A DNA stretch of 62,054 bases from Candidatus Limnocylindria bacterium. GTDB taxonomy: Bacteria > Chloroflexota > Limnocylindria > P2-11E. The stretch's first letter is position 1. Every line of letters starts with the position of its first letter. Position numbers and translations under genes: made by a program. The stretch is taken from NCBI GenBank assembly GCA_036276035.1, contig DASUCM010000105.1:1-62054 (forward strand), given 5' to 3'. This document shows positions 26,914-35,932 of this stretch, in pieces. The notes beneath the pieces are model-generated. The model saw only the letters and a list, made by a program, of their open reading frames with translations. It did not search any database and was not told where the DNA came from.

Positions 26914-28289
26914 GCGTGTGCCCTCGGCGCGGCGAGCGCGTCGGCGAGACGGTCGAGCGCGAGCGCGCGCGAGCCCTTTACGAGCACCGTGTCGCCGTCG
27001 CGCAGCGAGCGCTGCAGGAGGATGAGCGCCTCGGCGCTGTCTGCGGCCGCGTGGGCGTCCGCGTGGCCCGCGCTCCGCGCGGCCGAGACGATCGTCTGCG
27101 CGAGCTCGCCGACGCCGATGATGAGCTGCGCGGAGCGTGCCGCATCGCGCCCGACGTCCTCGTGCGCGTCCGCCGAGAGCTCGCCGAGCTCGCGCATGTC
27201 GCCGAGGACCGCGACGCGCCGGCCGGGGACCTCGCGCAGGAGCGCGAGCGCCGCGTGCACCGCCGCGGGGCTCGCGTTGTAGGAGTCGTCGATCACCGTG
27301 AGGCGCCCGGCGCGGCGGACGCTCATGCGGTGCGCGGGCGGCTCGAGCGTGCCGAGACCGAGCGCCGCCTCGTCGAGCGGGACGCCGAGCATGACGGCGG
27401 CGCCGATCGCCGCGAGCGACGCCGTGACGAGGTGCCGGCCGGGGAGCGGGATCGACGCCGGAGCGCTGGCGCCCTCGTAGCTCACGGTGAAGGACGTCCC
27501 GTCGAGCCCGCGCGAGGTGACGCCGGTCGCGCGCAGCGCAGCGTCGGCGGACTCGCCGTAGAGCACGACGCGCGCCTTCGTGAGGGACGCGAGGCCGCGC
27601 ACACGCCGGTCGTCGGCATTCAGGAGCGCCGTGCCGTCCGCCGGCAGCGACTCGATGAGCTCGGCCTTGCCGCGCGCGATCGCGTCGACGCTCGGCGTGC
27701 GCGAGTAGTGCGTCGGCCGGTCGGGGACCGTCGTGATGATGCCGATCACCGGCCGGACGAGGCGGCAGAGATCCGCGATCTCGCCAGGGACGTAGAAGCC
27801 GAGCTCGAGCACCGCGACCTCGTGGGACGGCTCCAGCAGGAGGAGCGTGAGCGGCACGCCGATCTCGTTGTTGAAGGATGCGGCGGGGCTGAGCACGCGG
27901 TACCTCGTGCCCAGGGTCGCGGCCGCAGCCTGCTTCGCGGTCGTCTTTCCGGCGTTGCCGGTGATGCCGACGACCGGGATGGGATGCGCGTCCCGCTGGG
28001 CCTCGGCGACGCGGCGCAGCGCGTGCGGCACGTCGGCGACCTGGACGAGCAGCGCGTCGCCGGGGACACCATCGGGGATGCGCTCCACGACCGCGCCCGC
28101 GCACCCGCGTCGGATCGCGTCCGCGACGAAGTCGTGGCCGTCACGCTGATCCCGCAGCGCGAAGAAGAGCGAGCCGGGCTCGGCGATGCGCGAATCGAAG
28201 GCCCCGCCGCTGAAGGTCCGTTCGGGGTCGGCGCGACCGCGGACGACCCGTCCCCCGCTCGCATCGAGGAGCCGCTCGAGCGTGAACAC
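26910..28289 (-). CDS. murF: UDP-N-acetylmuramoyl-tripeptide--D-alanyl-D-alanine ligase
   Basis: GITGNAGKTTAK, DDSYNASP and MRELG motifs with the Mur ligase domain order. Confidence 0.92.
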   Translation of the reverse strand: MFTLERLLDASGGRVVRGRADPERTFSGGAFDSRIAEPGSLFFALRDQRDGHDFVADAIRRGCAGAVVERIPDGVPGDALLVQVADVPHALRRVAEAQRDAHPIPVVGITGNAGKTTAKQAAAATLGTRYRVLSPAASFNNEIGVPLTLLLLEPSHEVAVLELGFYVPGEIADLCRLVRPVIGIITTVPDRPTHYSRTPSVDAIARGKAELIESLPADGTALLNADDRRVRGLASLTKARVVLYGESADAALRATGVTSRGLDGTSFTVSYEGASAPASIPLPGRHLVTASLAAIGAAVMLGVPLDEAALGLGTLEPPAHRMSVRRAGRLTVIDDSYNASPAAVHAALALLREVPGRRVAVLGDMRELGELSADAHEDVGRDAARSAQLIIGVGELAQTIVSAARSAGHADAHAAADSAEALILLQRSLRDGDTVLVKGSRALALDRLADALAAPRAHA

Positions 28290-28322
28290 GCGGAGGCAAT
28301 CCTAGTGTCACGACACTTGGGA

Positions 28323-30002
28323 CTAGGGCGCGCGGTCGGGCTGCACGCGCGCGGTCCGCAGCGCGTCGAGGGCAAGGCCCTTGAAGGCCGCGGTCGCCGT
28401 CAGGGTGCCGAGCAGGCGTGACTGCGGCCGCTCGAGGACCACGACCGCCACGAAGCGTGGATCGTCGGCGGGCGCGAAGCCCGCGAAGGAGCTGATGTAC
28501 TCGTCGCTCTCGTACGAGCCCGAGCGGTCCGGGATCTGCGCCGTCCCGGTCTTGCCGGCGACGCTGAACGCGGGCAGCGACGCGTTCTTCGCGAGCCCGT
28601 TGTCGACCGTCGACAGCAGCATCGATCGCATCGCCGCCGCCGTCTCGGACGAGATGACCCGCCGGACGGCGACCGGCGCGGTGCGGTGCTCCCCATCCGC
28701 ATCGCGCCGGCTCGCCACGACGTAGGGCCGGTGCAGGACGCCGCCGTTCGCGAACGCCGCGTAGGCGCCCGCGAGCTGGAGCGGCGTCACGGTCAGCCCC
28801 TGCCCGAACGACGCCGTGCCGACGTCGACGGGGTACCACTCGGCGAGCGGCCGCAGCGAGCCGCTCTGCTCGCCGGCGAGATCGACCCCGGTGCGCTGGC
28901 CGAACCCGAAGCTCCCGAGCGACGAGTGCAGCCGCTCCGCGCCGAGCTTGCTGCCGACGAAGACCGCGCCCGCGTTCGCCGAGCGTTCGAGGACCTGCGT
29001 CACCGTCGTCGGGCCCCAGGCGCGCCCCAGCGCGTTGTTCAGGCGGCGGCCGCCGATGATCGCGAACCCGACGTCGTTGTAGGTCGTCGCCGGCGTCACG
29101 AGGCCCCTCTCGAGAGCGGCCGCGACGGTGATGCCCTTCAGGGTCGAGCCGGGCTCGTAGGTCCACGCGACGCAGCGGTCGCGGAGGACCTCGAGATCCG
29201 TCACGGCGACCGCGGCGGGGTCGAACGAGGGCGCGGACGCGAGCGCGAGGAGCGAGCCGTCCTTCGGATCGACGACGACGATGCAGCCGCTCGTCGCCTT
29301 CTCGCGCTCCATCGCGAGCCGCAGCTCGCGCTCGGCGGCGGTCTGGACGACGAGGTCGATCGTCAGTGTGAGGTCGGAGCCGTTCCGCGAGGGGATCGCC
29401 TGGCGGAGGCCCACGGGGAGCGCGCGGTCGCGCGAGTCGCGCTCGACGACGAGCCGTCCCGGCGTGCCGCGCAGGACGTCGTCGTACGCGGCCTCGATCC
29501 CGTACTGGCCCACGCCGCCGTCGTTCACGAACCCGAGCAGGTGCGCCGCGATCGTCTCGTTCGGATACAGGCGCGCCGGCTCCGTCTCGAAGCCGAGGCC
29601 GGGCACGCGCAGCGCGGCGATCGCGTCCGCGGTGGCCTCGGGCAGCCGGCGGTGGATGAACGTCCACTCGAGCCCGGAGCGCAGCCGCGCGAGGATCGGT
29701 GCCGGATCGCGGCCGAGGAGGACGCCGAGCTGCTGCGCGACGGCGGGTTTGTCGGCGATCCGCGCGGGGATCGCGTACAGCGAGCGCAGCTCGACCGTCG
29801 TCGCGAGGATCGCGCCGTTGCGGTCGCGGATGACGCCGCGGCGCGCGGGGACGACCTCGTCGCTGCGGACCTGGCCGAGCGCGGGGCCGAGCAGCTCGGC
29901 CCGCATGGCGGTCTGCCAGTACGTGAGCTTGCCCGCGAGCAGGAGCGATGCGACGGCGAAGCAGGCGAAGAGGACGCGCAGCCGCGTATGCGACACCGTC
30001 AT
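28323..30002 (-). CDS. ftsI: penicillin-binding protein (FtsI/PBP3-type transpeptidase)
   Basis: N-terminal TM anchor, dimerisation domain, STLK (SxxK), SAN (SxN) and KTGTA motifs. Confidence 0.9.
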   Translation of the reverse strand: MTVSHTRLRVLFACFAVASLLLAGKLTYWQTAMRAELLGPALGQVRSDEVVPARRGVIRDRNGAILATTVELRSLYAIPARIADKPAVAQQLGVLLGRDPAPILARLRSGLEWTFIHRRLPEATADAIAALRVPGLGFETEPARLYPNETIAAHLLGFVNDGGVGQYGIEAAYDDVLRGTPGRLVVERDSRDRALPVGLRQAIPSRNGSDLTLTIDLVVQTAAERELRLAMEREKATSGCIVVVDPKDGSLLALASAPSFDPAAVAVTDLEVLRDRCVAWTYEPGSTLKGITVAAALERGLVTPATTYNDVGFAIIGGRRLNNALGRAWGPTTVTQVLERSANAGAVFVGSKLGAERLHSSLGSFGFGQRTGVDLAGEQSGSLRPLAEWYPVDVGTASFGQGLTVTPLQLAGAYAAFANGGVLHRPYVVASRRDADGEHRTAPVAVRRVISSETAAAMRSMLLSTVDNGLAKNASLPAFSVAGKTGTAQIPDRSGSYESDEYISSFAGFAPADDPRFVAVVVLERPQSRLLGTLTATAAFKGLALDALRTARVQPDRAP

Positions 30003-30030
30003 CGCACCCTCCTCTATTCCTCGCGCGGGG

Positions 30031-30489
30031 CTACTTACGCGCCGCGAGCTCCTGCGCGCTCATGACCGGGACGTGCGAGAGGCGAAGCAGGCCGAGCCGG
30101 GCCGCCTGCGCCTCGATGCGTGCCGGCGCCTCGAGCTTCGCAAGCTGCACGTCGAGGAGCGCGTTCTGGCGCTGGAGCTCCGTGCGCCGCGCCTCGAGGC
30201 GCTGCATCTCGTAGTCATGGGCCGACACGCCGGTGATCTGTCCGAGGTACATCACGGCCAGCAGGAACCCGGCGGCGATCGCGAGCGCCGTGACGCCGAA
30301 CGTGCGGGTCTCCCAGGTGACGCTCTGCGGGCGCTCGCGGGTGCGGCGGACCGCGGCCGGTGCGCGATGGGTGCGGGCGGCCGGACGGGCGGCTGTCCGC
30401 GCCGTGGCCATGCTCCGGGCCGACGCGCGCGCGCGCGTGGAGGGTCGCGCGCGCTGCGCGGCCGGCCGCAGGGAGAGGGACGAGATCAC
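30031..30489 (-). CDS. ftsL: cell division protein FtsL-like (septum formation initiator type)
   Basis: Basic N-terminal tail, a single TM (FGVTALAIAAGFLLAVMYL) and a coiled coil (MQRLEARRTELQRQNALLDVQLAKL), in the position between rsmH and ftsI. Confidence 0.6.
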   Translation of the reverse strand: MISSLSLRPAAQRARPSTRARASARSMATARTAARPAARTHRAPAAVRRTRERPQSVTWETRTFGVTALAIAAGFLLAVMYLGQITGVSAHDYEMQRLEARRTELQRQNALLDVQLAKLEAPARIEAQAARLGLLRLSHVPVMSAQELAARK

Positions 30490-31430
30490 GGCAGCTTCTC
30501 TGCGACGCGGAGCCGTGCGCTGCGGGCGCGCGGGTTGCGTGCGACCTCCGCCGAGTCCGCAGAGAGCGGACGCCGGGTAACGACACGCAGACCCGCGCGA
30601 TGCCCGCAGACGCAGGTGGGGAGGTGGGGAGGACAGATGCAGTCGCGCGATTCCCGGGCGAAGTACTGCTTCACGGCCCGGTCCTCGAGCGAGTGGAACG
30701 CGATGACGGCGAGCCGGCCGCCGGGCCGGAGGATGCGCGTCGCGGCCTCGAGGCCGCGCGCGAGGTTGTCGAGCTCGGCGTTCACGGCCATGCGCAGCGC
30801 CTGGAAGACCCGGGTCGCCGGATCGGTCGACCTCGGGCGGCGCGTCTTCACGCCCGCGACGAACCGTCCGAGCTCGTCGGCGGTCGTGAAGGGGTCGCGG
30901 GCGCGGCGCCGCACGATCGCGTTCGCGACGCGCGCGGCCTCCGGCTCCTCACCGAGCTCGGTGAAGATCCGGCGCAGATCCGCCGCGGACCAGGTGTTCA
31001 CGAGATCGGCCGCCGACCGGCCGGCATCCGGGCCGGCGCGCATGTCCAACGGTCCGGTCGAGCGGAAGCTGAACCCGCGCCCCTCGTCGGCGAGCTGGAT
31101 CGACGAGAGCCCGAGATCGAAGAGGACGCCGTCGAGGTCCGCGAACCCGTGCGCGCGGGCCAGCTCGTCGCAAACCGCGAAGTTGCCTTCCACGACGAGC
31201 GCGCGGCCTCCGAAACGCTCCAGCTCCCGTCGCGCGATCGCGAGGGCCGCAGGATCGCGGTCGAGGCCGAGGAGGCGGCCTGACGGCGCGGTGCGCTCGA
31301 GGATGGCGGCGGCGTGACCGCCGGCGCCGACCGTGCCGTCAAGGAAGCGGCCACCTTCGACGGGATGAAGCTCGGCGAGTACTTCGGCCAGGAGAACCGG
31401 CTCATGAGCCCTCCCACCGCTAGATCCCAA
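30486..31430 (-). CDS. rsmH: 16S rRNA (cytosine1402-N4)-methyltransferase RsmH
   Basis: HEPVLLAEV, DGTVGAGGH, DLGLSS and AFHSLEDR motifs. The nearest in-frame start before HEPVLL is TTG 31430, overlapping the mraZ end by 11 nt. Confidence 0.92.
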   Translation of the reverse strand: MGSSGGRAHEPVLLAEVLAELHPVEGGRFLDGTVGAGGHAAAILERTAPSGRLLGLDRDPAALAIARRELERFGGRALVVEGNFAVCDELARAHGFADLDGVLFDLGLSSIQLADEGRGFSFRSTGPLDMRAGPDAGRSAADLVNTWSAADLRRIFTELGEEPEAARVANAIVRRRARDPFTTADELGRFVAGVKTRRPRSTDPATRVFQALRMAVNAELDNLARGLEAATRILRPGGRLAVIAFHSLEDRAVKQYFARESRDCICPPHLPTCVCGHRAGLRVVTRRPLSADSAEVARNPRARSARLRVAEKLP

Positions 31431-31884
31431 GGTCCTTGAGGGTCTCGCCGATGGAGCGTTCGACGTCCCCGAGGTGGCTGCGCCAGCGCGCGGGCTGCCA
31501 GACCTCGAGGTTGCGCGAGACGCCGACGACGACGGCCTCGTCCGTGAGGCCCGCCCAGTCGCGGAGGTGCTGCGGGATGACGATCCGGCCCTGTCCGTCC
31601 GGGTCCGCCTCATGTGCGCTCGCCACGAGGAAGCGCTGGAAGCGCACCAGGGCGGGATCCGTGCGCGGCCGGCTGGCGATCGCGGCGTTCAGCGACTCCC
31701 ACTCCGGGGCCGGGAAGAGGGCGAGGCACTCGGGATCCCAACGCGTCACGACCGCTCCTTCTTTGAAGCGGGGACGGAACTTTGCGGGGATCGCCAGCCG
31801 ACCCTTCTCGTCCAGCTGGTGCGCGAACTCGCCAGCGAAGATGCTTTCCACTGACCCCTTCGACTGGAGGAGGTGTTTCCCCAC
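31420..31884 (-). CDS. mraZ: transcriptional regulator MraZ
   Basis: Two SpoVT/AbrB-like repeats (DEKGRLAIPAKFR, DGQGRIVIPQHLR). GTG 31851 (VESIFAGEF...) would give the canonical N-terminal length and avoid overlap with the operator repeats. Confidence 0.9.
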   Translation of the reverse strand: MGKHLLQSKGSVESIFAGEFAHQLDEKGRLAIPAKFRPRFKEGAVVTRWDPECLALFPAPEWESLNAAIASRPRTDPALVRFQRFLVASAHEADPDGQGRIVIPQHLRDWAGLTDEAVVVGVSRNLEVWQPARWRSHLGDVERSIGETLKDLGI

Positions 31885-31925
31885 CTTCCCCCACTACTCA
31901 CCACGCGATGGGCAACATACCCCAC
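31879..31925 (-). promoter_or_regulatory. candidate MraZ operator: GTGGGG direct repeats at ~10-nt phasing
   Basis: On the plus strand, ccccac occurs at 31879..31884, 31889..31894 and 31920..31925, with a degenerate caccac at 31899..31904. MraZ is known to bind phased GTGGG-type repeats upstream of its own gene. Confidence 0.5.
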
Positions 31926-31983
31926 TGGGGCGCCCTGTCAAGGCCTTTGTGAGCGCGATCTCAGGGAAAGCGGGCTCGCGCGG

Positions 31984-33315
31984 CTAGACCGCGACGGGAT
32001 CGGGGGCCGGCCAGTCCTCGAGCAGGAGGCTGAGACCGGCGGCCAGCGAGGCGGCGACGGCGCAGGCGAAGAACAGCGCGGACGCGTCGCGCCCCTGGTC
32101 GGCGAGCAGCGACACGAGCAGCGCTCCGACGATCCCGCCCGCATAGCGGCTCGTCGAGAAGATGCCCGAGGCGACGCCCGCCCGCTCCGGCTCGACGGTC
32201 TCGACCGCCGCCGCACGGAGCCCGCCGGCAAGCAGACCGAGTCCCACCCCGCAGGTGAGCAGGCCCGGGATGAGCGCGGCCGGCGCGGCCATGAGGACGA
32301 GCGCGCCGGCCGCGAAGAGCGCGTGTCCCGCCACGCTCGGCCAGCGGCGCCCCGCGCGGTCCGCGAGGCGGCCGCCGACGGGGGCGAGCACGACGCTCGT
32401 CACGAAGAGCGCGGCCAGCGCGGCGCCGCTGGAGAGCGCGGCGGTGCTCGCCTCGGCGGACCGGGCGACGACCACCGGGACGGCGAGCATCGTCGCGTAC
32501 ATGGCGCAGTTGCTCAGCGCGATGGTCCCGTTCGCCGCGGCGAATGTCCTGTCGCGGAAGAGCCGCGGCTGCACGATCGGATCCTCGCGCGCGCGCTCGT
32601 ATCGCACGAGCGCGACCGTGCCGATGACGAGCGCGCCGGTCAGCGCCGCGAGGACGGCCGCCGATGCGCTGCGCACCAGGCTGAGCGTCCACGCCGCACC
32701 GCCAAGGAGGACCGAGAGACCCGCGGCACCGACGACGTCGAAGGGCAGGTAGCGCGGACGCGCATCCCGGGGGATCGCGGCCCAGCCGAGCGCGAGCGCC
32801 GCCGTCACGAGCGGAACGTTCACGGCGAAGGTGGCGCGCCAGTCGAACGCCGCGACGAGCAGGCCACCGAGGACCGGTCCTGCCGCGGCGCCGACGCCGG
32901 TGGCCGCAGCCACGAGCGCGAAGGCGCTGCCCCGGCCGTCGACGACCGCGGTGCGCACGAGCGCCCCCGCGTTCGGCATCAGCACGGCACCCGCGAGCGC
33001 CTGCTGGAGCCGGAACGCGATGAGCCACCCGAGCTCATTCGAGAGCGCCGCGCCGACCGAGGCGGCGGCGAACCAGGCGAGGGCTCCGAGCAGCAGCCGG
33101 CGGCGGCCGAAGGTGTCGCCGAGCTTTCCCCCGACCGGTTGCAGGGCCGCCATCGCGATGAGGTACAGCGTGACGAGCCAGCTCGCGGACACGAGATCGG
33201 TGCCGAGCCCGCTGACGATGTCGGGGAGCGCGATCGCGATCATCGTCGAGTTCAGCGGGATGAGGAGCGATGCGAGGCCGAGCGACGCGACGAGCGGTCG
33301 CGTGCTCCGGCTCAG
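31984..33315 (-). CDS. MFS transporter (drug:H+ antiporter-like, 12-14 TM)
   Basis: TM1 (PLVASLGLASLLIPLNSTMIAIALPDI) and GKLGDTFGRRR (motif A). There is no ATG/GTG/TTG before TM1. CTG 33315 overlaps the upstream TGA (CTGA). Confidence 0.85.
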   Translation of the reverse strand: MSRSTRPLVASLGLASLLIPLNSTMIAIALPDIVSGLGTDLVSASWLVTLYLIAMAALQPVGGKLGDTFGRRRLLLGALAWFAAASVGAALSNELGWLIAFRLQQALAGAVLMPNAGALVRTAVVDGRGSAFALVAAATGVGAAAGPVLGGLLVAAFDWRATFAVNVPLVTAALALGWAAIPRDARPRYLPFDVVGAAGLSVLLGGAAWTLSLVRSASAAVLAALTGALVIGTVALVRYERAREDPIVQPRLFRDRTFAAANGTIALSNCAMYATMLAVPVVVARSAEASTAALSSGAALAALFVTSVVLAPVGGRLADRAGRRWPSVAGHALFAAGALVLMAAPAALIPGLLTCGVGLGLLAGGLRAAAVETVEPERAGVASGIFSTSRYAGGIVGALLVSLLADQGRDASALFFACAVAASLAAGLSLLLEDWPAPDPVAV

Positions 33316-34979
33316 GCCGCGCCCACGATGCGAACGATCCCGGCGTCGCCGTCGACCTCGATCTCCTCGCCATCCCGGATGGACGAGGTGCCGTGGCCGG
33401 TGCCCACGACCGCGGGGATCCCGTACTCGCGCGCGACGATCGCCGAGTGGCTCAGCGCGCCACCGGCGTCGGTGACGAGCGCCCGGATCCGCGCGAAGAG
33501 CGGCGTCCACGGCGCGGCGGTCATCTGCGTCACCAGGATCTCGCCGGCGGCGATGCGCTCGGCCTCCGCGGGCGTGTGCGCCACGCGCGCGATGCCGCGG
33601 GCGCGGCCCGCAGAGCCCGGATGTCCCCGCACGATGCCGTGCTCGCTCGGCGGCGGCGGCGCTCCGGCGAAGCTGAGGGTGGCGCGGTCGACGATGCTCG
33701 TGCCCGCGCCGGGCGAGGGGGCGCCGAGAGACCGCGGGGGATCGATCCGTGCGGCGCGCTCGAGCTCCTGCCGCCGGGCGTCGATCCGACCCCGGAGATC
33801 GGCGGCGGGATGGCCGAGCAGGGCGTCGGCCAGCTCCACCAGCCGCAGGTGGAAGACGTCGTCGACCTCTGGGATCACGCCATCGGCCACGAGGAGCCGC
33901 GCGGCCGCCTGCGCGCGGATGCGCATGAGGAACGATGTCGGGAAGTCGATGTAGAAGTTGTGCGTCTCCTGGATGCGCACAGCGTCCTGCGCCGAGCGGA
34001 GCAGGACCTCGAACTCGTCGCGTACGGGCTGCGGGTACCACCGGATGCGCTCGCGCGCCGCGGAGACCGCGTCGTCCCGCTCGCGTCGCACGGTGGCGAG
34101 CTGCTCTGCCGGGTCGCGCCCGCTCGCGAGCAGCTCCCGGATCTCGCCGAGCACGGCGCCCGGGCGCTCGATCACGCTCGGCTCCGCCGGATCCATGGTG
34201 ATGCCGCGGCGGCCGTACCGCGTGAGGTGCTCGTTGAAGAGCGCGCGGAACGCAGCGGCCTCCGGCGCGGTCTCGATCGCCTGCGCGAGATCCTCCGGGG
34301 CGGCGCTCACGAGCACATCCGCGACCGGTCGGTCAGCCCGGGCCGCGGCGGCGAGGGCCCAGAGCGAGCGCGCGGCCTCGACGGTCTTGGAATCCTCGCC
34401 CTGCAGCAGACGGAGCGCGTCGAGCTGCGTCGCGTCCTCGAACAGCTCGCGGTACAGCTCCGTGAACAGCTCCATCGCCGTCAGCGCCGGAGGCATCACG
34501 AGGAAGTGGATCTCCCAAAGCCGCGCGAACCGCGTCGTGGCGAGCGCGAGCTCCGTCGCGAGCTCCCTGCGGTCGAGCTGCTCGAGCGGCACGGCGTCGA
34601 ACGCTGCGAGGAGCGCCTCGATCTCGGGCAGCATCCCGCTCCAGACCTCGCCCGCGCGGCGCGCGAGCGACACGTAGCGGGCCTCGGCGCGGAGCTTTCG
34701 CGTCGCGAGCTCGGCGGCGGGGAGCTCGAGCGGGCGCGCCCCCCGGTAGAGATAGCCGTTGATCCGCCGCTGGAGCCGCTCGATGGGCCGCTCGAGCGCC
34801 GCGTCGGCCCGCGACATGCCGGTGTCCTGCGAGAGCCGCCGCAGGTCGTGCGTCAGGACCGTGATCGGGCGGGGGTAGTGCAGTCGCGCGAGCGTCCAGG
34901 CGACGGTCGCGTCGCGCGGGTCCTCCCACTCGACCGCGGGGGCTGCCTCCGCCGCGGCGTTCGCGACCGACCCGCTCAC
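33312..34979 (-). CDS. PEP-utilizing enzyme, central plus C-terminal swivel phosphohistidine domain (rifampin phosphotransferase/PpsA-like, C-terminal part)
   Basis: The C-terminus VTDAGGALSHSAIVAREYGIPAVVG is the mobile His domain. GTG 34979 overlaps the upstream TGA (GTGA). Confidence 0.8.
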   Translation of the reverse strand: MSGSVANAAAEAAPAVEWEDPRDATVAWTLARLHYPRPITVLTHDLRRLSQDTGMSRADAALERPIERLQRRINGYLYRGARPLELPAAELATRKLRAEARYVSLARRAGEVWSGMLPEIEALLAAFDAVPLEQLDRRELATELALATTRFARLWEIHFLVMPPALTAMELFTELYRELFEDATQLDALRLLQGEDSKTVEAARSLWALAAAARADRPVADVLVSAAPEDLAQAIETAPEAAAFRALFNEHLTRYGRRGITMDPAEPSVIERPGAVLGEIRELLASGRDPAEQLATVRRERDDAVSAARERIRWYPQPVRDEFEVLLRSAQDAVRIQETHNFYIDFPTSFLMRIRAQAAARLLVADGVIPEVDDVFHLRLVELADALLGHPAADLRGRIDARRQELERAARIDPPRSLGAPSPGAGTSIVDRATLSFAGAPPPPSEHGIVRGHPGSAGRARGIARVAHTPAEAERIAAGEILVTQMTAAPWTPLFARIRALVTDAGGALSHSAIVAREYGIPAVVGTGHGTSSIRDGEEIEVDGDAGIVRIVGAA

Positions 34980-35932
34980 CTCGCGTGCCCGCCGTCGCCC
35001 GCCGTCGTCGTGACGGGACGGCACTGCAGCAGGTAGAGCGTGCCTGCGCGGAACGCGCACTCGACGTCGACCGGCGCGCCGGTCTCGTCCTCGAGCGCGA
35101 GCGCGAGCTCCGCGGCCGCGCGCACGGCGGCGTCGTCGAGCGCGAGGCGCTCGCGGAGGATGCGCGGGACGCGGACCTCGCGCGTGCCGTCCGCCGTTCG
35201 CACCGTCATGCGCTCCTTCGCCCCGACGGTCCGCGACCGGATCACGAGCCGGTCGCGCCGGACGGTGTACACGTCCGGCGTCGCGGTCCCGCCGACGATG
35301 CTCTCGCCGAGACCCCAGCTCGCGTTGATGACGACGTCGTCCGATCCGGTCCGTGGGTCCACGCTGAAGACGACCGCGGCGACGTCCGCCGGGACGAGCT
35401 GCTGCACGAGCACCGCGATCGATCCGGCCGCGTCGAGGCCCTGGGCCCTCCGGTAGGCGAGCGCGCGCTCGGAGCGCACGGACGCGCGGCAGCGCGCGAT
35501 CGCGTCGGCCACCGCGTCCGCTCCCGTCAGGTTGAGGTAGGTGTCGTGCTGTCCGGCGAACGACGCGCCTGCGCCGTCCTCATCCACGGCCGACGAGCGC
35601 ACGGCCACGGCGGGCTCATCCTCTCCCACCCGCCGTCCGAGCTCGCGATACGCCTCGGCGATGGCGGACCGGAGCCCGCTGTCGTCGGGAGCAGCGGTCG
35701 CCGTCAGGCAGAACCCGGCCGGGACGCGGTGGCCGGCGGCGAGCCGGCTGAGGCTCGCGGCCTTGCCGCCGGCGACGCGGGGATCGTCGGCGCCGGGCGC
35801 ACCGAGCCACAGGATGTCGATGACGCGCGAGTCTAGGTGGGACGCACCCGGTCGACGACGTCCTCGAGCACCCGCGCGGCGCGCTCGCGCATGCCCGGCT
35901 CGCGCTGCTCGGGCAGCGGGCTGCCCCACCAC
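34976..35932 (-). CDS. PEP/pyruvate-binding (PPDK_N, ATP-grasp) domain protein, the N-terminal part of a split rifampin phosphotransferase/PpsA-like enzyme
   Basis: VAGGKAASLSRL, AVRSSAVDEDGAGASFAGQHDTYLN and SWGLGESIVGG. GC3 shows coding only begins after the fabH stop (35833). The real start is therefore probably near-cognate (ATC 35821/35815 or CTG 35812) rather than GTG 35932. Confidence 0.8.
   Translation of the reverse strand: MVGQPAARAARAGHARARRAGARGRRRPGASHLDSRVIDILWLGAPGADDPRVAGGKAASLSRLAAGHRVPAGFCLTATAAPDDSGLRSAIAEAYRELGRRVGEDEPAVAVRSSAVDEDGAGASFAGQHDTYLNLTGADAVADAIARCRASVRSERALAYRRAQGLDAAGSIAVLVQQLVPADVAAVVFSVDPRTGSDDVVINASWGLGESIVGGTATPDVYTVRRDRLVIRSRTVGAKERMTVRTADGTREVRVPRILRERLALDDAAVRAAAELALALEDETGAPVDVECAFRAGTLYLLQCRPVTTTAGDGGHAR

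Noticed and set aside
33312-35932. Rifampin-associated element (palindromic RAE) upstream of the RPH-like genes.
   Set aside because: There is no intergenic space upstream (the genes are coupled to fabH), and I saw no RAE-like palindrome. A resistance role therefore remains speculative.
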